From: Acetobacteraceae bacterium
GTDB lineage: Bacteria > Pseudomonadota > Alphaproteobacteria > Acetobacterales > Acetobacteraceae
Length of the DNA stretch: 59,939 nucleotides
Assembly: GCA_044225615.1 (NCBI GenBank)
Contig: JBGAIK010000002.1
Span: 1 to 59,939 of the forward strand
Direction of reading: 5' to 3'
The notes under the pieces were generated by a model that worked only from the letters and a program-made list of their open reading frames with translations, searched no databases and had not been told where the DNA came from. Shown here piece by piece: positions 52,400 to 59,939 of this stretch (positions are counted from its first letter, which is position 1; each line of letters starts with the position of its first letter). The translations under genes and the position numbers were made by a program.

Positions 52400-54680
52400 A
52401 TGGGGAAAGTGGACGTGGCGAACACCATCGTGACCGACCTGGCCGGGCTGAACAGCGCGATCCAGGCTGCGAACGCTTCCGGCGCCGCCGAGACGATCAC
52501 CATCAACACCGCCACCCTGACGCTCAGCGCCGACATCGCGCCGATCAGCCCGGCGCCGGCGGGTCGCTGCTGATCACCGGCGGGGCCGGGGTGAGCATCG
52601 CCGGGCAAGGCAGCTTCCACGGCTTCTTCGTCGCCGCCGGCAGCGTCACGTTGCAGGCCATCACGCTCGATGCAACCGCTTCGCGCGGGCTCGGCGGCAG
52701 TGGCGGCAAGGTCGGCGGCGGCGGCGGGGCGGGATTGGGCGGCGGCCTGTTCGTGGCGAAGCCAGCCGCGGTCGCGCTGCGCGACGTCGGCTTCAGCGTA
52801 TTCCTCGGCCAGGGTGGCAATGGCGGCAACGGCGCGCCCGCGGGCTACGGCGTCGGCGGCCGGCTGGGCGGCAGCGGCAGCCTGTCGGCCTATCGCGGCG
52901 GCACCGGCACCAGCGGCGCCGGCGGGCATGGCGAGAACGGCCATTTCGCGCCGGCGGCGGCGGCGGGCTGGACGGCGGCGGGTTCGGCGGCTTCGGCGGG
53001 GCGGCGGTGCCAGTTCCGGCAGCGCCGGCCTCGGTGGCGACGGCGGCGCCTATGCCGGCGGCGGCGGCATGGCCGGCGGCGGCGACATCTTCGTGCGCCG
53101 GCGGCACGCTGGTCTACGAGGCGGGCAGCTTCGCCGGCGGCACGCTGATCGCCGGCTCGGCGGCATCGGCAGCGGGATCGATGGCCAGGCCGGCCGCACG
53201 GATCGGCGCCGGCGTGCTGGTGGAGGGCGACACCACCATCACCTTCGCCCCTGGCGCCGGCCAGACGGTTTCGCCGCCGATCCGATCGCCGACCTGGCCA
53301 AGCCGGCGGCAGCGGGGTGGGCGTGTTGCCGGTCGCCGGCGCCGGCACCGTGCGGCTGGCGGCGGCGGGCGAATCTACCGGCGGCGCCGACATCGCCGCC
53401 GGCGCCACGCTGCGCCTGGCCGCCACGGGGCCGCGGGGACCGGGCATATCCGCTTCGCCGCCGGCGCCACGCTGGAGATCGAGGCCGGCGTCGCGGTGAC
53501 CAACACGCTGGATGGCATCCAGCAGGGCGCGGTGATCGACGTGGCCGGCATCACCGGGGCCACCGCGGTGGTGAATGCCGGCACGCTGACCATCGCCGGC
53601 ACCGGCGGCAGCATCGACCTGCGGCTGGGCAGCCTGTCGCTGCAGCAGGCCTTCGCGGCGGTGGATGACGGGGCCGGGGGCACGGCGGTGACCTACACCG
53701 CCTGCTATGCGGCCGGCACAAGGATCGCGACGCCGGAGGGCGAGGCGGCGGTGGAGACGCTGCGGGCGGGCGACCTGGTGCGGCTGGCGGCCGGCGGGGT
53801 GGCCGCGGTGCGCTGGATGGGGCATCGGCGCGTCGATTGCGCGCGCCATCCCCGGCCGCTGGACGTGGCACCCGTGCGGGTGCGGGCGCATGCCTTCGCC
53901 CCCGGACAGCCGCATCGCGACCTGGTGCTGTCGCCCGACCATGCGGTGTTCGTGGAGGGCGACGCCGAAGGCGGCGCGCCTGGCGTGCTGATCCCCATCC
54001 GTTACCTGGTCAACGGCGCGACCGTGGTGCAGGAGGCGGCCGGGGAGATCGAATACTGGCATGTGGAGCTGCCGGCGCACGGGGTGATCCTGGCCGAGGG
54101 GCTGGCCGCCGAATCCTATCTCGACACCGGCAACCGCGCGGCCTTCGCCAATGGCGGGGCGGTGGCGATGGCACATCCCGACTTCGCCCTGAAGGTGTGG
54201 GCGGCGGCATCCTGCGCGCGGCTGGTCACCGCCGGGCCGGTGCGCGATTCGGTCGCGGCCCGGCTGCTGGCGCGGGCGGCGCTGCTGGGCCACGCGACCA
54301 CCGGGGATGCCGCGCCGGTCCTGGTGCTGGGCCGCCATGCGCTGCGGCCGCGCCGCCATGGCGCCGGGTGGCGCTGGCGACTGCCGGCCCGGGCGGAGGC
54401 GGGCGTGCTGATGTCGCGCAGCTTCGTGCCGGCGCAGATGGGAACGAACAGCGACGACCACCGTCGGCTGGGCATCCCGGTGGCGCGGATCATGCTGGAC
54501 GACGCGGAGCTCGCGCTGGACGGGCTGGGCACGGGCTGGCGGCCGGCCGAGCCGGGGCTGCGCTGGACCGACGGGGCCGCCACCATTCCGCTGGCGGGCG
54601 CGCGCACGCTGACCGTGCTGCCGGCGATGGCGGCGCAGTACTGGGACGACGCGCCGGCCCCGCGGCGGGTGGAAGGCTGA
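52400..54680 (+). pseudogene. glycine-rich beta-helix repeat protein with C-terminal Hint (bacterial intein-like) domain; N-terminal half frame-broken, Hint half intact
   Basis: MGKVDVANTIVTDLAGLNSAIQAANASGAAETITI... (ATG 52400). GG.G repeats are readable only by hopping frames near 52558, 53095, 53275, 53315 and 53435. It is continuous from GHIRFAAGATLEIE through CYAAGTRIATPEGEAAVETLRAGDLV...YWHVELPAHGVILAEGLAAESY (Hint, 53703..54120) to the stop at 54680. Confidence 0.78.
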
Positions 54681-54766
54681 ACCGGGGCTCCGCCCCGGGG
54701 CGCGGTTAACCGGCCGTTCATTCCTGCCTGCAGCAATGCCGGCCTCTCACGCGCAGGGGCCAGGGC

Positions 54767-56991
54767 ATGACCAACTACGTCGCCAGCAACCAAGCCGAGC
54801 TGAATGCCGACATCGCGCTGGCGAACGCGTCCGGCACCGCCGATACGATCACGCTCTCCGCCGGATTCACGCTGACGTCGGACATCACGCCGATCAATCT
54901 GAGCCCGGGCGGCACGCTGGTGATCGATGGCGGCGCGTTCACCGTTTCGGGCGCCAACGCCTTCCACGGCTTCTTCATCGCCGCCGGCGAGGTCAGCATC
55001 GGCAACCTGACGCTGAGCCAGACGCGGTCGCAGGGCGGGGCAGGCGCGGCCGGCTACTACGGCGGCGGCGGCGGCGCCGGGCTGGGCGGGGCGGTGTTCG
55101 TCGGCGCCAGCGCAACGGTCGCGCTGGACGGCGTGACGTTCAGCGGGGCCTCGGCGCGCGGCGGCAATGGCGGCAACGGCCAGCCCTCGGGTGCGAACGG
55201 ATGCCGGCGGCCGGCTCGGCGGCAGCGGCAGCCTGGGCGGCTATGGCGGCGGCGCAGGTGCGCGGTGACCCAGTTCGGCACCGGCAGCCCGGGTGGGTTC
55301 GGCGGCGGCGGCGGCGGCGGCGCGCCCGCCGGCGCGAGCGGGTTCGGCGCCGGCTCGGGGCGCCGGCGGCGGCCGGGTTCGGGGCGGCGCTCGCTCAGTT
55401 ACGGCGGCAGCGGGGGCTGGGCGCGGGCGGCGCGATCTTCGTACGCCAGGGCGGCGTGCTGACCATCGCCGCGGGCGGCATCTCGGGCGGCAGCGCGTCG
55501 CTGCCGGCAGCGGCGGCAGCAATGGCGGCCAGTCCGGGCTCCGCCTTCGGGGCGGGCATCTTCATCCAGGGCAACCAGACCATCACGCTGGCCCCCGCCG
55601 CCGGCCAGACGCTGACCATCGGCGACGCCATCGCCGACCAGACCGGCTCGGGCGGCACGGCCGGCAATGCCGGGGCGGGGGTGCTGTCGCTGGCCGGGGC
55701 GGGCAACGTGGTGCTCGCTTCTGCCGGCACCTTCACCGGCGGCGTCAGCATCGGCAGCGGCGGCACGCTGTCGTTGGCGGTGACGGGGGCGGCCGGCAGC
55801 GGCCATATCCGCTTCGTGGCCGGGGCGACGCTGGCGATCGCCAGCGGCATCACGGTGGCGAACACCCTGGATACGATCCACCAGAACAACGTGATCGACG
55901 TGGCCGGCATCACCGGGGCCACGGCGGTGGTGAACGGGACCACGCTGACCATTTCGGGGACCGGCGGCAGCGTCACGTTGCAGCTGGACAGCGGCGCCTA
56001 CCAGCAGGCCTTCGCGGCGGTGGATGACGGGGCCGGGGGCACGGCGGTGACCTACACCGCCTGCTACGCGGCCGGCACAAGGATCGCGACGCCGAGGGCG
56101 AGGCGGCGGTGGAGACGCTGCGCGGGCGACCCTGGTGCGGCTGGCGGCCGGCGGGGTGGCCGCGGCGCGCTGGATGGGGCATCGGCGCGTCGATTGCGCG
56201 CGCCATCCCCGGCCGCTGGACGTGGCACCCGTGCGGGTGCGGGCGCATGCCTTCGCCCCCGGACAGCCGCACGCGACCTGGTGCTGTCGCCCGACCATGC
56301 GGTGTTCGTGGAGGGCGACGCCGAAGGCGGCGCGCGGCGTGCTGATCCCCATCCGTTACCTGGTCAACGGCGCGACCGTGGTGCAGGAGTGCGGCCGGGG
56401 AGATCGAATACTGGCATGTGGAGCTGCCGGCGCACGGGGTGATCCTGGCCGAGGGGCTGGCCGCCGAATCCTATCTCGACACCGGCAACCGCGCGGCCTT
56501 CGCCAATGGCGGGGCGGTGGCGATGGCACATCCCGACTTCGCCCTGAAGGTGTGGGCGGCGGCGGCCTGTGCGCGGCTGGTCACCGCCGGGCCGGTGCGC
56601 GATCTGGTCGCGGCCCGGCTGCTGGCGCGGGCGGCGCTGCTGGGCCACGCGACCACCGGGATGCCGCGCCGGTCCTGGTGCTGGGCCGCCATGCGCTGCG
56701 GCCGCGCCGCCATGGCGCCGGGTGGCGCTGGCAGCTGCCGGCCCGGGCGGAGGCGGGCGTGCTGATGTCGCGCAGCTTCGTGCCGGCGCAGATGGGAACG
56801 GGCAGCGACGACCACCGTCAAGGGCATCCCGGTGGCGCGGATCATGCTGGACGACGCGGAGCTCGCGCTGGACGGGTTGGGCACGGGCTGGCGGCCGGCC
56901 GAGCCGGGGCTGCGCTGGGACCGACGGGGCCGCCACCATTCCGCTGGCGGGCGCGCGCACGCTGACCGTGCTGCCGGCGATGGCGGCGCAG
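54767..56991 (+). pseudogene. paralogous Hint-domain beta-helix protein, multiply frameshifted and 3'-truncated
   Basis: MTNYVASNQAELNADIALANASGTADTITL... The N-terminus is intact to about 55195. Positions 56002..56991 are near-identical to 53643..54638 but differ by about 8 small indels. Homology stops at 56991, so there is no native stop. Confidence 0.78.
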
Positions 56992-57051
56992 CATCGGCAG
57001 GATGTGCCGAGCGGGACGCCGCACAGGGTCGCGCCCGGCGGGATCCCAGGC

Positions 57052-57694
57052 TCAGCCGGCCGGGCGCCGGGCCAGGGCGAGGCCGGCCTCGAGGGCGATC
57101 ATTGCGCCGCCGGAGAGTTCGCGCAGGCGTCGGATCAGGGTGGGTCGGGCGGCGGCGCCGGCGCGGATGCGGGCGGCGGCGAAGGCGACCGCGGCGTCGG
57201 CCAGCGTGTTGAGCGCGACCGAGACGGCGCCGAGGACGACGAACTGGAACGCGACATGGCCGCGCGCCGGATCGACGAATTGCGGAATGAAGGCAAGGAA
57301 GAAGGCGGCGGTCTTGGGCTGAGCGCCTCCACCAGGACGCCCTCGCGGAAGGCGCGGCGCGGGCCCATCGGCGGCATGGCCACGCCCGCTTGCAGGCCAG
57401 CGTCGCGGCGGGCGGCGGCGATGGTGCGCAGGCCGATCCAGACCAGGTAGGCGGCGCCGAGCAGCTTCATGACGGTGAACAGCCCGGCGCTGGCGAGCAC
57501 GACGGCGGAGACGCCGAGGGCACCGGCAAGGACGTGGACCATGCCGCCGAGCCCGGTGCCGAAGGTGAGGCAAGCCCCTCGGCGCGGCCGCCGGACAGCG
57601 TGCGGGCGGCGACATAGAAGATGCCGGGTCCGGGGGTGACGGCGAGCAGGACGGCCGCGGCGAGGAAGAGGGCGAGCTGGTCAGGATCGGGCAT
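57052..57694 (-). pseudogene. LysE/RhtB family amino-acid exporter, two frameshifts
   Basis: MPDPDQLALFLAAAVLLAVTPGPGIFYVAARTLSGGRAEGLAS / GTGLGGMVHVLAGALG...FREGVLVEAL / PKTAAFFLAFIPQFV...ALEAGLALARRPAG* lie in three frames. Junctions are near 57568 and near 57320. Confidence 0.8.
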
Positions 57695-57700
57695 GGCGGG

Positions 57701-58324
57701 TCAGCCCTGGACGAGCGCGGCGACGGCGTGGTCGGAGGGACGGTCGCCGGCGGCAAGCCCGGCGGCGACGCCGGCACGGTCCGCGGCGGGGCGGTTCTGG
57801 CTCATCTTGCGCTTGCCCTCGATGCGGGCGATGGGCAGGCGCAGGCCGACGATGCCCTTGAGCTGGGCAGCGATGAAATCGGGCGGCGCGTCGGCGACGG
57901 ACCAGGGGGTGGCGCTGCCGCGCTCGTGCATCTCGGTCAGGCGGGTGACGATGTCGAGCAGGCGGGCGGGGTCGTCGAAGAACTCGACCTGGCCATAGGC
58001 GTGGACGGCGACGTAGTTCCAGGTGGGAACGACCTTGTGGTGCTCGGCCTTGGACGGGTACCAGGACGGGCTGACATAGGCGTTGGCGCCCGTGAAGAGC
58101 GCCAGCGCCTCGCCGGCCGGGGGCAGCTTCCATTGCGGGTTGGCGCGGGCGACGTGGCCGTAGAGCGTGCCCTGCGGCCCTTCTCCGGGGACGATGAAGA
58201 GGGGCAGCGGGGTGGCGATCAGGCCTTCCGGGGTCATGGTGACGAGGTTGGCGAAGCGGGTGTCGCGCATCATGGCATGGAGGGTGGGCAGGTCGTCCTC
58301 GCGGAAGGCGGGGGGCGTGTACAT
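57701..58324 (-). CDS. FMN-binding negative transcriptional regulator (PaiB family)
   Basis: MYTPPAFREDD...HVARANPQW...VPTWNYVAVHAYG...GKRKMSQNR. Intact at 207 aa. Confidence 0.88.
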   Translation of the reverse strand: MYTPPAFREDDLPTLHAMMRDTRFANLVTMTPEGLIATPLPLFIVPGEGPQGTLYGHVARANPQWKLPPAGEALALFTGANAYVSPSWYPSKAEHHKVVPTWNYVAVHAYGQVEFFDDPARLLDIVTRLTEMHERGSATPWSVADAPPDFIAAQLKGIVGLRLPIARIEGKRKMSQNRPAADRAGVAAGLAAGDRPSDHAVAALVQG

Positions 58325-58420
58325 GGCCGGGCTCCTGGGATGGCGGCTGATAGACTGGCAAGCGGTCTAGCAGAAACGGCCATTCGGCACTTAATAGACC
58401 AGACCAATCCGGCCGGAAGC

Positions 58421-59939
58421 TCAGGCGTGGGTGATCGCCGTGCCGGTGGCGCCATACGGCGCGACCACGAAATCGGACAAATGGAGCCCGGCCCCGAAGT
58501 GCAGCGACAGCGTGGCGGGGCCGCCGAGCGCGTGCAGCGTGAGGGTGCGCGCGGCGAAGCTGGTCAGCGCCGGATCGGCACGGAAATCGGCGAGCTGGAT
58601 CAGGTCATGGTCGGCGAAGCCGGTGATGGTCCCGGTGAGGCTGATGGCCTCGGCGACGCGCAGCGTCTCGCTGGTGCCGGCGCCGGCGAAGGCGATGTGG
58701 CGCACCGACAGGGCGGCATGGGCATCGAGCATGGCGGCAGGGCCGATGGCGATGGTGCCGGGGCCGGTGACCGCCTCGGCCAGGGCGAGGGTGCCGCCCT
58801 GGGCCGTGACGGTGCCGCGGTCGATGATGCGGGCGGCAATGGTGCCGTGACCGGCGATGGCGCCGTCGGCGTCCACCGTGACGCGGCCGGCATGGGCGCC
58901 GCCGGCGGTGCCGATCTCGACGGTGCCGGTGCCGGTGGCACCGAGCGTGGCGCCGGCGAGCGCGAGCGTGCCGGGCACGATCAGCGTCCCCCTGGCGCGC
59001 AGCGAGCCGGCGCCCGACAGGATGGCGCCGCCGGGCAGCGTGTTGGCGCCGGCCAGCGTCCAGCTCCCGGCGAGGTCCAGCGCCTCGAAGCCGAGGAACT
59101 GGGTGCCGAGGCCGGAAAGCGTGCCGGGGCCGCCGGGCAGCAGGCGCAGCGTGTCGGTGCCGGCGCCGGCCTGCACCGTGCCGGTGAAGCGGGCCTGCGG
59201 GCTCATCGCCACCACGTCGTTGGCGGCGCCGAAGGCGACGGCGGTTCCGCCGGTGCCGGTGATGGCGCCGCGATTGGTCAGCGTGGTGGCGCCGGCGGCG
59301 TAGAGGCCGCGCTGGCCCGATATGGTGCCGATGTTGGTGACGGTCCCGCCGGCGATCAGGATGACGCCGGTGTTGGAGCTGCCGGAAATCGAGCCTTCGT
59401 TGGCGATGGTGGCGACGCCGCCGGCCTGCACCCCGACCGAGCCGGCAAGGATGCGGGCGGCGCTGCCCTGGTTGGTCACCGTCGCGCCATGCGCGGCGTA
59501 GATGCCGGTCTGTGCATGGATGGTGCCGCCGTTGATGATCGCCGTCGCCGCGGCAAGCACGTGGACGCCGATATCGGCGAAGACGTTGGCGGACACGGCA
59601 TTGAAGACCGTGCCGCCGGCCTCGATCAGGATGCCGGTGTTGATGCAGACCAGGAGCCCATAGTTGGTCACGAAGCCGGCGCTGCCGGCGATGTCGATGC
59701 CGATCCGGCGGCTGCTGACATAGGCGGAGGCGTCGGTCCGGGACCCGTTGGTGACCGTCCCGCCGGCGAATAGCCGGATGCCGTAGCCGCCGTAGCTGCC
59801 ATAGGTGCCGTAGCCGTTGGCGCGCACCGTGCCGGTGCTGGCCACGCTGCCCGCACCACCCGCGATCTCGATGCCGTTGCCGCCGTCGATCAGGCCGCCG
59901 GCGTTGCCGACGCTGCCGCCCGCGGCCAGCCGGATGGCG
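58421..59939 (-). CDS. large beta-helix/adhesin-like repeat protein, C-terminal part (5' end outside window), no Hint domain
   Basis: The frame is open from the window edge with no stop upstream of the tracked GTG at 59845. It has degenerate GG.(V/I)TN.G.I repeats. The C-terminal module ...ISLTGTITGFADHDLIQLADF...TLTLHALGGPATLSLHF...GATGTAITHA resembles the pre-Hint module of the two plus-strand paralogs. Confidence 0.75.
   Translation of the reverse strand, partial: AIRLAAGGSVGNAGGLIDGGNGIEIAGGAGSVASTGTVRANGYGTYGSYGGYGIRLFAGGTVTNGSRTDASAYVSSRRIGIDIAGSAGFVTNYGLLVCINTGILIEAGGTVFNAVSANVFADIGVHVLAAATAIINGGTIHAQTGIYAAHGATVTNQGSAARILAGSVGVQAGGVATIANEGSISGSSNTGVILIAGGTVTNIGTISGQRGLYAAGATTLTNRGAITGTGGTAVAFGAANDVVAMSPQARFTGTVQAGAGTDTLRLLPGGPGTLSGLGTQFLGFEALDLAGSWTLAGANTLPGGAILSGAGSLRARGTLIVPGTLALAGATLGATGTGTVEIGTAGGAHAGRVTVDADGAIAGHGTIAARIIDRGTVTAQGGTLALAEAVTGPGTIAIGPAAMLDAHAALSVRHIAFAGAGTSETLRVAEAISLTGTITGFADHDLIQLADFRADPALTSFAARTLTLHALGGPATLSLHFGAGLHLSDFVVAPYGATGTAITHA

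Noticed and set aside
53703-54120. Hint domain as a true intein
   Set aside because: There is no recognisable host protein whose flanks would religate. The C-terminal block ends in AES rather than the intein HN plus a nucleophile. This fits the bacterial intein-like class, not a splicing intein.
57728-59773. 681-aa plus-strand ORF
   Set aside because: It is antisense to PaiB and the beta-helix repeat protein. It is Gly/Ala/Asp/Arg-rich with no domain signature.

Overview
High-GC (about 70%) chromosomal window. Gene content and a SAM-II-like leader suggest an alphaproteobacterium, possibly Rhodospirillales/Acetobacteraceae-like (inference only). Left to right it holds: a suf Fe-S operon (sufC-D-S-U-T plus a broken sufA) with cysE; gcdH and a DEAD-box helicase; apaG and metZ; an M81 (MlrC-like) peptidase flanked by two enolase-superfamily genes; a small envelope-protein cluster with lpxR; an amidase/DmpA/SDR set; a LysR-controlled detox locus that looks decayed and ends in an IS5-like remnant; glnS; a CoA-ester dehydrogenase/hydratase set; an IS1182-family insertion; transporters; an OoxAB-like oxidase set; a Dpp-type ABC transporter; two M20 amidohydrolases and caiB; and, at the right end, a cluster of glycine-rich beta-helix proteins, two of which carry Hint (bacterial intein-like) domains. 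I found no CRISPR array, rRNA, tRNA or recognisable defence system. Five things deserve a second look. (1) The tandem Hint-domain paralogs share a near-identical 1-kb 3' module. (2) About 16 of roughly 55 genes carry +/-1 frameshifts. These are clustered, several are locally compensated, and where a paralog allows a check the differences are indel-dominated, so assembly artefact versus real gene decay must be settled from reads. (3) A conserved AT-rich element of about 130 bp sits just upstream of two oxidoreductase genes. (4) A family of long GC-rich intergenic palindromes occurs three times. (5) IS debris is nested around the IS1182 copy. All homology calls come from reading the translations by eye; no searches were run.
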